Below are positions 8,821 to 17,932 of a stretch of 64,000 nucleotides of DNA, piece after piece. Positions within the stretch are counted from its first letter, which is position 1. Each line of letters opens with the position of its first letter. A model generated the notes under the pieces. That model made no database searches, was not told where the DNA came from, and saw only the letters and a list, made by a program, of their open reading frames with translations. Made by a program: the position numbers and the translations under genes. Source of the stretch: Patescibacteria group bacterium. GTDB lineage: Bacteria; Patescibacteriota; UBA1384; CAJBMM01. The DNA lies in assembly GCA_041660565.1 (NCBI GenBank), contig JBAZWC010000002.1, positions 217,836-281,835 of the forward strand, given 5' to 3'.

Positions 8821-10962
8821 ATGGACATAAAAACGATCAAGACCGAGCTCGGCGGCAAAGAGCTTTCTTTTGAGATAGGTAAATTTGCCGGATTAGCCGA
8901 TGGATCGGTAACAGTTCGATACGGTGACACGGTAGTATTAGCCACGGCAGTAATGGCGCCGGAAGCTAAAGATGGCACCGATTTCTTTCCACTCCAAGTA
9001 GAATATGAGGAACGATTGTACGCGGCCGGCAAAATTTCCGGTAGCCGCTTTATTAAACGTGAAGGTCGTCCGTCTGACCAAGCCATTTTAACCTCGCGCT
9101 TGATTGATCGCAGCGTACGCCCGATGTTTTCAAAATACGAACGTCGCGATGTTCAAGTAATTGTAACCGTGTTGTCTTTTGATAACGAAAATGACCCAGA
9201 CGTAGTCTCCATCGTTGCCGCTTCAGCCGCCTTGATGGCATCAACCGTGCCATTCCGCGGACCAATTGGTGCTGTGCGCGTTGGTTTAGTCGATGATAAA
9301 TTTATTATCAACCCAACTCGCAGCGAGCGAGAAAAAAGCTCGCTTGATTTAGTAGTTTCAGGAACATCCGAGCGAGTGGTGATGATTGAGGCCGGCGCTA
9401 ATCAAGTACCGGAAGAGACGGTAATTAAAGCAATCGCTTTTGCGCAAGAAAATCTTAAACCAACCTTAGAAATCCAGAAAAAATTAGTCGATATAATCAA
9501 TCCGGTCAATCAAACCGAAACCGGCCTAGACACCACCATGCACGATAAAGTGGCGGATTACGTTGGCGGACAGCTAGACGAAATTCTAACCATGGCCGAC
9601 AAAGAACAGCGCGAAACTAGTTTAGCTGCGTTTGAAACTCAAGTGCTGTCTAACTTTGATGGTGATTACAAACAAGTTGATCTAAAAGTGGCGTTTGCCA
9701 AAGTGGTAGAAAAGAAGCTGCGCGCTGCCATTTTAGACAAAGGTATCAGACCCGATGGCCGTCATCCTAAAGAAATTCGACCGTTATTTATCGAAGTCGG
9801 ATTGCTGCCTCGTACGCATGGTAGCGGTTTGTTTACTCGAGGCCAAACCCAAGCTCTAACCATCGCCACCCTAGGAGCGCCAGGCGAAGAGCAAATTATT
9901 GAAACGATGGACGAAGAAAGCACCAAGCGCTTTATGCATCACTACAACTTCCCACCTTTCTCAACCGGTGAAGTACGACCGGTGCGTGGTGCGTCTCGTC
10001 GCGAAATTGGCCACGGCGCCTTAGCCGAACGCGCGTTATATCCGGTTATCCCAGATCAACAAACATTCCCATACACCATTCGTTTAGTGTCCGAAGTGTT
10101 GTCTAGCAACGGCTCGTCATCGATGGCCTCAACCTGCGGCTCCACCTTAGCGTTAATGGACGCGGGCGTGCCAATTTTAGAGCCAGTTTCCGGTATTGCC
10201 ATGGGCTTGATGACAGACGAAAAAGGGAAATACTGCGTGCTATCCGACTTGCAAGGGTTGGAAGATTTCTCGGGCGATATGGATTTCAAAATCGCCGGCA
10301 CCAAAAATGGTATCACCGCAATTCAGCTAGACGTTAAAATTGCCGGGCTCACCCCCGAAATTATCCACGACACGGTGATGCAAGCCAAAGAAGGCCGAAT
10401 GTTTATTTTGGGTGAAATGCTTAAAGTGATCCCAGAAGTGCGCAAAGATTTATCACAATTTGCCCCGCGAATTACCGCTATTAAAATTGATCCGGAAAAA
10501 ATCGGCATCGTAATTGGTGGCGGCGGTAAAACGATCAACAAAATCGTCACCGAATGTGGCGGCAAAGAGATTACCAGCATCGACATTGATGATGACGGCA
10601 CCATTATGGTTTCGTCCACCGATCCCGAAATGTCTAAAAAAGCGATCAGCTGGATTGAAGGGCTAACCAAAGAAATTAAAATCGGTGAAAAATACACCGG
10701 TGAGGTAACCAATATCGTGAAAGACCGCATGCGCGGTAACGAAATTGGCGCAATTGTGCAAATTACCCCGAATCAAGATGGAATGGTGCATATTTCAGAA
10801 GTAGCACCGGAACGTATTGAAAAGGTGTCCGATGTGCTGAAAGTTGGCCAAACCGTTAACGTGGTTGTTACAGATATCGACAAAGAGCGTGGCCGCATTG
10901 GGCTCTCTATCAAACGATACGGCGAACAAAACCAGCCCGTTGAACAACGCTTCCACGAATAA
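8821..10962 (+). CDS. pnp: polynucleotide phosphorylase
   Basis: 713 aa with two RNase PH domains, then KH and S1 domains (GEVTNIVKDRMRGNEIGAIVQI). It follows rpsO. Confidence 0.95.
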   Translation: MDIKTIKTELGGKELSFEIGKFAGLADGSVTVRYGDTVVLATAVMAPEAKDGTDFFPLQVEYEERLYAAGKISGSRFIKREGRPSDQAILTSRLIDRSVRPMFSKYERRDVQVIVTVLSFDNENDPDVVSIVAASAALMASTVPFRGPIGAVRVGLVDDKFIINPTRSEREKSSLDLVVSGTSERVVMIEAGANQVPEETVIKAIAFAQENLKPTLEIQKKLVDIINPVNQTETGLDTTMHDKVADYVGGQLDEILTMADKEQRETSLAAFETQVLSNFDGDYKQVDLKVAFAKVVEKKLRAAILDKGIRPDGRHPKEIRPLFIEVGLLPRTHGSGLFTRGQTQALTIATLGAPGEEQIIETMDEESTKRFMHHYNFPPFSTGEVRPVRGASRREIGHGALAERALYPVIPDQQTFPYTIRLVSEVLSSNGSSSMASTCGSTLALMDAGVPILEPVSGIAMGLMTDEKGKYCVLSDLQGLEDFSGDMDFKIAGTKNGITAIQLDVKIAGLTPEIIHDTVMQAKEGRMFILGEMLKVIPEVRKDLSQFAPRITAIKIDPEKIGIVIGGGGKTINKIVTECGGKEITSIDIDDDGTIMVSSTDPEMSKKAISWIEGLTKEIKIGEKYTGEVTNIVKDRMRGNEIGAIVQITPNQDGMVHISEVAPERIEKVSDVLKVGQTVNVVVTDIDKERGRIGLSIKRYGEQNQPVEQRFHE

Positions 10963-10988
10963 ATAATTGAATTACGATGAGCGTCGTA

Positions 10989-11016
10989 GGGGCGGACTTG
11001 TAAGTCCGCCCTTTTG
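10989..11016 (+). terminator. rho-independent terminator of pnp (GGGGCGGAC-ttgtaa-GTCCGCCC followed by a TTTT run)
   Basis: A perfect 9-bp GC stem and T-run lie 27 nt after the pnp stop. A second hairpin (11028-11060) sits on the other side and serves the convergent minus-strand ORF. Confidence 0.6.
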
Positions 11017-11082
11017 GTATCTAAAAAAGAACCGCCCAGCGACTACAAGAGTCGGGGCGGTCGGTCGAGGTAATCCGCGCGG

Positions 11083-11421
11083 TCACTGTTCGCCGTAACC
11101 CCTGTACCACGCTTCCAGCTCGTAAGATCGGTCAGGCGCTTTTCTGCCTGTATGGGGTGTACGACGGGGCGCAAAAACGCTGGACGTCATGCCTGCCAGC
11201 AGTTCTTTAAAGGTAATCGCGTGCGCCATGTAGCCACAAGCCCGGAGTCCTTCTATCGAATTGAACTCAACGACTACGCGCACAAGCCCTTCGACTTGGG
11301 CGATTGGCGTCTCGGTGAGCTGGCATAGACCAGCGTCCCGAGCGTAGCGAAACGCCAGTATATCCGGCGATTTGCACCCTACTACGGTTTCTTGACGCAG
11401 AGGTACGCACATGGCCATCAC
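11083..11421 (-). CDS. hypothetical protein encoded in a GC-rich insert, 30 nt downstream of xerC
   Basis: 112-aa ORF in a roughly 60% GC segment (11040-11430) embedded in a roughly 45% GC context. No family is recognisable. It is co-directional with xerC. Confidence 0.3.
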   Translation of the reverse strand: MMAMCVPLRQETVVGCKSPDILAFRYARDAGLCQLTETPIAQVEGLVRVVVEFNSIEGLRACGYMAHAITFKELLAGMTSSVFAPRRTPHTGRKAPDRSYELEAWYRGYGEQ

Positions 11422-11451
11422 CCCGAAGCGAGATAGTTTTATAGTACAGTA

Positions 11452-12426
11452 TTATTCAGTTTTGTCAACAGGAGGTTCTTCTACTTTTTTATCATGAAAA
11501 GCAGTGTGGATGTCTTTTAAGTGTTGATTTGTTACGTGCGTGTAAATTTGCGTGGTATTCAACGAGGCGTGCCCCAACATCGCTTGAACATCGCGAATGT
11601 TGGCGCCATTCATCAACAAATCGGTGGCAAACGAGTGGCGCAAAGTATGCGGAGTGACAGTTTTAACAATGCCAGCCGCTTTGGCATATCCCTGCACAAT
11701 TCGTTCAATTGATCGGTCAGATAAGCGTAAGCTGCGGTCAAGTTGTTGCTCGGCCTCTGGGATCGGATCTTTTAACCGAATAAACACGGCGTTATCATCG
11801 TCGGTGCGGCTAATTAAATACTGGCGCAGATACTCGGTAGCCACCGCCGACAAAAAAACAATCCGTTCTTTGCGTCCCTTGCCAATCACCGCAAATTCGC
11901 CGCGTTCCAAATTAACCTGATCTCGATTAAGTGATGCAATTTCGGACACTCGCAATCCGGTCGAGAATAAGGTATGCAGCAATGCCAAGTCACGCGCACC
12001 TTTAATCGTTTTGGGGTTAGGCATCTGCAACAATCGCACCAATTCTTCGTGATCCAAAAACTGAATCTGGCGCGAGTCGTTCGCCGGTAAATCAATCTTC
12101 TCTGCTGCCATCGCCACCACATTTTTGCGATTTAAATAGCGCAAAAGTGATCGCAGCGCAATTAAATGATAGTTTTGAGTTGATTTTGACAGCGGTTCGT
12201 CTTTTTGATTTTTGAGACGATTCAAATACTGGCGAAATCGCAGCACCAAATCATCGGTAATTTGATCAACCGAGGTAACGTTTTGCTCTTCTGCCCAAGC
12301 GTTAAATCGGTTTAAATAATGCGAATAGCTCTCGATCGTGTGTAATGATCGATTTTTTTCAAGCTCCAAATGCTGCATAAAAGCATCAGTTGCGTCGGAT
12401 AATGTCATAAAAAAAGTATAACACAA
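11452..12426 (-). CDS. xerC: tyrosine site-specific recombinase XerC/XerD family
   Basis: N-terminal SAM-like domain and C-terminal catalytic motifs (R..HTLRHSFATDLL..GANIRDVQAMLGHASLNTTQIYTHV). Confidence 0.85.
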   Translation of the reverse strand: MCYTFFMTLSDATDAFMQHLELEKNRSLHTIESYSHYLNRFNAWAEEQNVTSVDQITDDLVLRFRQYLNRLKNQKDEPLSKSTQNYHLIALRSLLRYLNRKNVVAMAAEKIDLPANDSRQIQFLDHEELVRLLQMPNPKTIKGARDLALLHTLFSTGLRVSEIASLNRDQVNLERGEFAVIGKGRKERIVFLSAVATEYLRQYLISRTDDDNAVFIRLKDPIPEAEQQLDRSLRLSDRSIERIVQGYAKAAGIVKTVTPHTLRHSFATDLLMNGANIRDVQAMLGHASLNTTQIYTHVTNQHLKDIHTAFHDKKVEEPPVDKTE

Positions 12427-12439
12427 AGAGACGAATTTT

Positions 12440-12610
12440 AAATTTTCAATTTTTAATTAGATGCTTAGCATCGAAATCACTCGCGGTACGCTCGAGATTA
12501 TCAAATGAAAGGTAGCCAATTTTAAATGACTAAATAAGGAGCCGCCTTTTTAAAATTTAATCATTCGGTACTTATTCATTTAAAATTTAGCCTTTAAAAT
12601 TTAAAATTTT
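12440..12610. repeat. intergenic repeat, family B, copy 1 (about 170 bp)
   Basis: Near-identical to 18738-18910 and, in its 3' 125 bp, to 25185-25312. It starts with (TTTTAAT)n, has an internal imperfect inverted repeat TTTAAATGACTAAATAAGGA...CTTATTCATTTAAA, and ends TTTAGCCTTTAAAATTTAAAATT. Confidence 0.7.
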
Positions 12611-12666
12611 ATTGGCTTGTGTTATCCTAAATGTAGGAGGGCCAGAAACTGTAATTTCTGGGTGAA

Positions 12667-15600
12667 ATGCAGGTAAAATTTAATCTCCGGCAATTTGGCG
12701 TATCTTGCGCTTTACTTATGATAGTTATAAGCGCTGGTTTGATGTCGGCTAGGCCGGCTTTTGCAGGAACCAGCTTGAATGTACAAGCATCTTTAAGCGC
12801 TGATAACACTGTAACCGTAAAATTTGACCAATATGACAACGCTCAAACGTATAACATTTCTAGAGTAAGTGGCACTACCGTTGCTCCAATTAGCTCGGTT
12901 ATCGGATCTGTTGCATTTAGTGGCGGGGTCACAACTACCTCCCAAACACTATCTGGCGAGCCGGTGGGAGTGTGGGAATATCAAGTGGAAGCGTTTAGTA
13001 GCTCAACTGCCAGTGGTACGGCACTTTCCTCGCAAAAGTCATCTGCAATTACTATTTCGGCTGCGGCTGCTTCTGGCGACACAACAACCCCTGTGGATGA
13101 GAACACGGTTATACTTAATCCAACTACTATGATGGCGGATTGTGTAGCGGCCAAGAAAACTGTTGACGATGACAAGAGCAAAGCCAGTAGTTCTATCTCT
13201 AGGAGAAGTTTATACGATGCCATCAGTGATAACAGCGTTAAGGCAGTTTTCAAATGGACACTCAGCTTAGTTAATATTCTGGTACTAATCTTTCTGCTTG
13301 TGGTATCATTCTCCAGTATTTTACGTGTGCAAATAGACACCTATGCGGTCAAAAAAGTGCTGCCCGCGCTAATTATGGGCATCGTTTTGGCCAACTTTAG
13401 CTGGCTAATTTGTCGATTCTTAATCGAGGTCTCTACATTAATAACCAACTCACTGTTGGCACAGTATGGTGGCGCTGGCGAGCTGTTTAGAAAAATTGCC
13501 GAGAGCTACGGACTAAGAGACACCTTATGCACCACCGCTACCACCGGCAACTTTGCCAGCGGGCTGTTAGGCGTATTTGTTGGCACGGTTTTGGTGGTAG
13601 TAGCCGCTATCTTAATGCTAACGCTGTATATGCTACTGGTGGCACGCATCTGGATTATCACCTTGCTAATGATTTTAGCGCCGTTAGCGTTCATCTCGCT
13701 CGGCTTCCCGCTAACATCAAGCTATTTCAAAAAATGGTGGACGATGTTCTTTAACTGGGTGTTTATGACGCCGGCCGCATTCCTTATCCTCATATTAGCG
13801 GAAAGGGTGTCGATTATTGGCAAAGAAGCAAACTTAACTCGATATATTTTGACCACGGCGTTGTTGTACTTTGCCATTCAAGTGCCGTTTAAGATGGGGG
13901 GCGATTGGATGCGCCAGTGGGGTGGCTACGTCTCGCAATTCAAGAAAAAAGCGTATGAAGGAACTGCTAAAGCTGTCGATCATTCAACCAAAGGTACGCG
14001 TGAAGATTTAGCTAATCGGGCTAGGTTGATGTATCGCAATAGTGCGGTTGGGCAAGATGTCGGCCGCCGCATTGCCGGTATCCAAATGCGGCGAGACTTG
14101 CGCAAAAAAGAGCTGGATAACTTAAAAGCAAGAGATCGCGGAAATGCCCGTGATGCCGCGGTTAAGTCAAGAAAGCTGACTGCCGCTCAAGCGGCTCTAC
14201 AGGACGCCCAGCAAGTTGGTCCAAAGCGTAAAGAAATTGAAGACAATATGTTGAAGGCTTTCGGTGGAAATACAGCAAAATTAGAACAATTTAAATCTCT
14301 TACTGAAGACGAAAAGTCGCGTCGAGTAAACATGGCCCGATCTACCGATACGTCTCTGACAAAGAAGGAGCGGGACAAAGCGGCAAGAGCAGTAGCTAGT
14401 TTGAGTACAAAAATTGCCAGCTCGAGATCTAGGTTTTCTGCAGCTGAACTAGCTGACATCGACAAGCAGATGCCAGGGAATCTTGACGCACACAAAGCTG
14501 ATCAAGACAGAATAAAAGCCGCACAAGACCGTTTAGCGGCAACACAGAACAAAGTGTACGGTCGATCGTACGAAGCTGCTGAGAGCGCTCTAGAGTTAAT
14601 GAAAGGCGAGGAAGGCTCGAAAAAAACAAACCAAGCCGCCTTTGACGAAACAGAGCTTGGCAGGCAGCATATGAACTGGATGACTGAGTATGCGTTCAAG
14701 ATGGCCAAAATGGATGCCAGAACTCAGATTGCGAAAGAGCAACAATCAGGCCGATGGCTTAAGGCTTTTGGGGTTGATCCAAATAAACCCACCGCCGAAT
14801 TAATTCAATTGGCTAAGGAAATCGGGGCAGATCCAAAGGAGCTTGGCAAGGCAATCAGCGACAACTTTACACTGCGATCAGATGCAGCGGCGCTTAAAGA
14901 TCGCAACGCAAAAACAGACGAAGATAATTTGGTTAAGGTGGCTCGAGAACAACTGACTCTGCATAATACTGTGTATAAGGTTAGAAATTTACGCGATCAA
15001 ATGACTCAAACGCAAGGTTCGCTAGACGCTGCAATTATTTCTGGTGATAAAATTCAAGAGAAGCTTTTGACTGAGATGCTTAAAGTATTAAAATCACAAC
15101 ATGACGCTGCCGTTGTAGATCACGACTCGACAATTGATAAATTACGTACCGACAGTAACAACAATTTTTCTGCGCTTGCACCGCATCTTCAGCAGGTAAT
15201 GACTGAGGGCGCTGGTGGGACAATCGCAGGCGCTAAAGAACTTGATAGTGGTACTGTGTTGAGATTGGTTGGTCGTGTAAAGGCGTGGGAAACGGGTAAA
15301 GCCGCAAATAGATTAGATGATACTGGAATATTGGCTCTGTCGCAAAAGTTACAAGCCGGTAGCCCCGAGGATGAAATTACGCAGAAGCAGGTTGAGGCGT
15401 ATCGTGCAGGAAATTTTGCCGCCATAGATGATGATATTTCTAAGCGCGCGGATATAGTTTCAAAAATAAATATTTGGACAGCGGCTGTAAGTAAGACCCT
15501 GGGCGGAACTACAAATCCTGATAGCGATATGGTTTCTGAGATGAGCCTTAACCAACTCATAACACCGGAGACAAGGCACTCAGTGGCGCTTCAAATAGCA

Positions 15601-15786
15601 CGTTCTGCAAAAGGCAGAGGATTCTTTAAAGATAATGGAATTGATGTGGAAACTGCATCACCTGATTGGTATACTACCCCAGCTGCAATGAATGTTATGA
15701 ACAAGGCACTGACCAATAATAAGAGTCGTAGATTAGTAATTGGTGCGCTTAAACAAGTATTTACCACCCAAGGGAAAGGTAACTAA
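12667..15786 (+). CDS. giant membrane protein with a signal peptide, a Ser/Thr-rich exodomain, a VirB6/TrbL-like polytopic core and a roughly 580-aa charged coiled-coil tail
   Basis: The signal peptide is MQVKFNLRQFGVSCALLMIVISAGLMSARPAFAG. At least six TM helices fall between about aa 200 and 450 (ILAPLAFISLGFP...). A long K/R/E/D/Q-rich heptad-like C-terminus follows. The gene is first in an operon with the next two ORFs (3-nt and 12-nt gaps). Confidence 0.4.
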   Translation: MQVKFNLRQFGVSCALLMIVISAGLMSARPAFAGTSLNVQASLSADNTVTVKFDQYDNAQTYNISRVSGTTVAPISSVIGSVAFSGGVTTTSQTLSGEPVGVWEYQVEAFSSSTASGTALSSQKSSAITISAAAASGDTTTPVDENTVILNPTTMMADCVAAKKTVDDDKSKASSSISRRSLYDAISDNSVKAVFKWTLSLVNILVLIFLLVVSFSSILRVQIDTYAVKKVLPALIMGIVLANFSWLICRFLIEVSTLITNSLLAQYGGAGELFRKIAESYGLRDTLCTTATTGNFASGLLGVFVGTVLVVVAAILMLTLYMLLVARIWIITLLMILAPLAFISLGFPLTSSYFKKWWTMFFNWVFMTPAAFLILILAERVSIIGKEANLTRYILTTALLYFAIQVPFKMGGDWMRQWGGYVSQFKKKAYEGTAKAVDHSTKGTREDLANRARLMYRNSAVGQDVGRRIAGIQMRRDLRKKELDNLKARDRGNARDAAVKSRKLTAAQAALQDAQQVGPKRKEIEDNMLKAFGGNTAKLEQFKSLTEDEKSRRVNMARSTDTSLTKKERDKAARAVASLSTKIASSRSRFSAAELADIDKQMPGNLDAHKADQDRIKAAQDRLAATQNKVYGRSYEAAESALELMKGEEGSKKTNQAAFDETELGRQHMNWMTEYAFKMAKMDARTQIAKEQQSGRWLKAFGVDPNKPTAELIQLAKEIGADPKELGKAISDNFTLRSDAAALKDRNAKTDEDNLVKVAREQLTLHNTVYKVRNLRDQMTQTQGSLDAAIISGDKIQEKLLTEMLKVLKSQHDAAVVDHDSTIDKLRTDSNNNFSALAPHLQQVMTEGAGGTIAGAKELDSGTVLRLVGRVKAWETGKAANRLDDTGILALSQKLQAGSPEDEITQKQVEAYRAGNFAAIDDDISKRADIVSKINIWTAAVSKTLGGTTNPDSDMVSEMSLNQLITPETRHSVALQIARSAKGRGFFKDNGIDVETASPDWYTTPAAMNVMNKALTNNKSRRLVIGALKQVFTTQGKGN

Positions 15787-15788
15787 TC

Positions 15789-16634
15789 ATGGCTGATGAA
15801 AATACCACCACAACTCAAAATCTTGATCCGGATGATTATCTACTGGAGCTAGAAACAGATCCGGAAAGCGACTGCTATAAGCTTATTCAAGATCAAAAAT
15901 ACGATCAAATAATGCCGGTGCTGGCACCGCTACCGTTAAAAGTGCAAATTAGGGTTTGCGAGCTGTTGCGCGAAACGTTTATCGATCAAATGCGCCACCT
16001 GATCAACTCTACTCCAGCCGATATCTACCAAAAAATTACCGCTACTATTACTAAGACGAGTGGTGATGATCAGGCAAAACTGGCTCAAATTCGCGACCAC
16101 TATTTTGTGACAATTAGTATGTTGATGACCTTAAAAGCGCCGAGCACACAAAAACGTTTGGTCAAAATTGCCGCTCAAAAATATAACGCAGACACCTCTT
16201 ATCGTCAGATTGACATCGAACAACAGTTGGCCGAAACCATGTTGCGCGCGTTGCCAAATATTGCCGAGACAGAAACAGATTACATTCAAAAAATCGCCGA
16301 ATTTACCGGGGTCGAAATGAGCGATCAGCCGTTTACCGATTTTGTTTCTAAAGCGGTTGATGCGCTTTATTACATCGCTTTGCTAGACGATTTATTGTTG
16401 CTGAAAATTGGAACGCAGACCGGTGATGATAAGATCGACTTGACGGTGTTGCAATCACAGGGAGTGATTGAGTTCGTACGTATGGTGATGATGTTGCGTG
16501 ATCCGTTTTTGCAGGCGTTGTATAGCGAATCTGAGCTGAATACATCAGTTGCTGCGATGCCCGAAATTTCACCCGAGACGGTGAAGCAGACTCCAGCGCC
16601 CGAAACTGAAACAACTAATTATGATATCGTGTAA
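15789..16634 (+). CDS. acidic cytoplasmic hypothetical protein (operon partner of the VirB6-like and PrgI-like genes)
   Basis: The start lies 3 nt after the upstream stop. There are no TM segments and no recognisable domain. Confidence 0.45.
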   Translation: MADENTTTTQNLDPDDYLLELETDPESDCYKLIQDQKYDQIMPVLAPLPLKVQIRVCELLRETFIDQMRHLINSTPADIYQKITATITKTSGDDQAKLAQIRDHYFVTISMLMTLKAPSTQKRLVKIAAQKYNADTSYRQIDIEQQLAETMLRALPNIAETETDYIQKIAEFTGVEMSDQPFTDFVSKAVDALYYIALLDDLLLLKIGTQTGDDKIDLTVLQSQGVIEFVRMVMMLRDPFLQALYSESELNTSVAAMPEISPETVKQTPAPETETTNYDIV

Positions 16635-16645
16635 TTAGAGGAAAT

Positions 16646-17131
16646 ATGCAATACAAAGTGCCGCAAAATATCGATAAAGAGGACGAAATCGTTGGCCCGC
16701 TAACGCTGGTTCAATTTAGCTATTTGGCCATCGCCTTTGCCATTGACTTTTTGGCATTCAAATCTTTGCCATTGGCACTAAGTTTGATCATCATTCTGCC
16801 TCTTTCGGTATTGGCTTTTGCTTTGGCATTTTTGAAGATTCAAGATCGGCCGATGCTGACATTTTTGATGGCGGTGCTGCATTTTTCTCGTGATGATAAA
16901 GCCAGAGTGTGGAGTAAAACATCTGACCGCCCCATTTTGCAGATCGACAAAACGGTAGCGCCGGTGGTAGCTACCGATGCTACACAGCACAAACAGTTCG
17001 ATTCTGCTAAAGCCGAAGCACTGGCCAATGTCATTGACGCACGCGGTCAAGCCCCAGCACCTGCCACGCCCGAGCCGACTAAGATGCCGTTTACAAATGT
17101 AGATCAAAACATCTTGAAAAAGAACGATTAG
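16646..17131 (+). CDS. PrgI-family (VirB3-like) small membrane protein
   Basis: 161 aa. The N-terminus MQYKVPQNIDKEDEIVGPLTLVQFSYLAIAFAIDFLAF, followed by two TM helices, is typical of PrgI-family proteins from Gram-positive/CPR T4SS loci. Confidence 0.5.
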   Translation: MQYKVPQNIDKEDEIVGPLTLVQFSYLAIAFAIDFLAFKSLPLALSLIIILPLSVLAFALAFLKIQDRPMLTFLMAVLHFSRDDKARVWSKTSDRPILQIDKTVAPVVATDATQHKQFDSAKAEALANVIDARGQAPAPATPEPTKMPFTNVDQNILKKND

Positions 17132-17244
17132 GGTCATTGGGGTAGTTAGGGCAGTTGAATCCCCCTAACCGTACCTACCGCCTGACAGTCTCTCAAACAA
17201 TCTTGGCAAAGGGTTTGGCGTTTGTTACGCTACCAAAGTAAAGG

Positions 17245-17823
17245 ATGTGGGCAAGCGTGTTTTCGACTATCGACAGCCAGATTGTGCTGGCATTAAATCA
17301 TTTAGCCCTCACAAACGACTTGACCAAATTCGTCGTCGTTTTTTGTTCGAACGGTTTAATTGCGATTGTGGTCTCGGTGGCTATTATGTATTTTTTATTT
17401 AATTTTCCGCTTTCAGCCGGTCAGCGAGTCCGCCCGATTATCGGATACGCCGCAGTCAGCATTTTGCTGGCGATGGCGGCGGGCTACATCATCGAGACAT
17501 TTATTGGTCGCGCCCGCCCATTTGCGTTGCTAAGTGATATTTCGGTTATTGGATCAATCCCCAAAAACACCTCTATGCCCAGTTTGCATACGTTGGCTGC
17601 ATTTGCCTTTGCCGGTGCGTTTATTTTTTGGCGACCAAAGGTAAATCATGCATGGTGGTTAATTGCCGCCGCCACTTTGGTGGGATTATCGCGTATTGCG
17701 GCCGGTTTGCATTACCCAACCGACGTGTTAGTTGGAGCGGCCATTGGCATCACCTGCGCTTATCTGGTAGTATACGAAGGATCCCCGGTGTTTAGATGGC
17801 TTTCTAGAGGACAGCAAAGATAA
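17245..17823 (+). CDS. PAP2-family phosphatase (PgpB-like, membrane)
   Basis: Polytopic membrane protein with PAP2 motifs (SMPSLHT...SRIAAGLHYPTDVLVGAAIG). Confidence 0.7.
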   Translation: MWASVFSTIDSQIVLALNHLALTNDLTKFVVVFCSNGLIAIVVSVAIMYFLFNFPLSAGQRVRPIIGYAAVSILLAMAAGYIIETFIGRARPFALLSDISVIGSIPKNTSMPSLHTLAAFAFAGAFIFWRPKVNHAWWLIAAATLVGLSRIAAGLHYPTDVLVGAAIGITCAYLVVYEGSPVFRWLSRGQQR

Positions 17824-17932
17824 TTTGAAATTCGAAATTTGAAATTTTTAAACATTTGGGAATTTTTTATTTTAAATTCGGATCTTGTTCATTTCAAATT
17901 GTAAATTTTATATTTCAAATTCTGGAGGTACC

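Noticed and set aside
11521-12122. Plus- and minus-strand small ORFs inside xerC
   Set aside because: The xerC frame contains the full tyrosine recombinase motif set. The others are shadow ORFs.
16778-17137. 119-aa minus-strand ORF overlapping the PrgI-like gene
   Set aside because: It is antisense to a gene with a characteristic PrgI N-terminus and TM helices, has no SD, and shows compositional bias consistent with the opposite strand.
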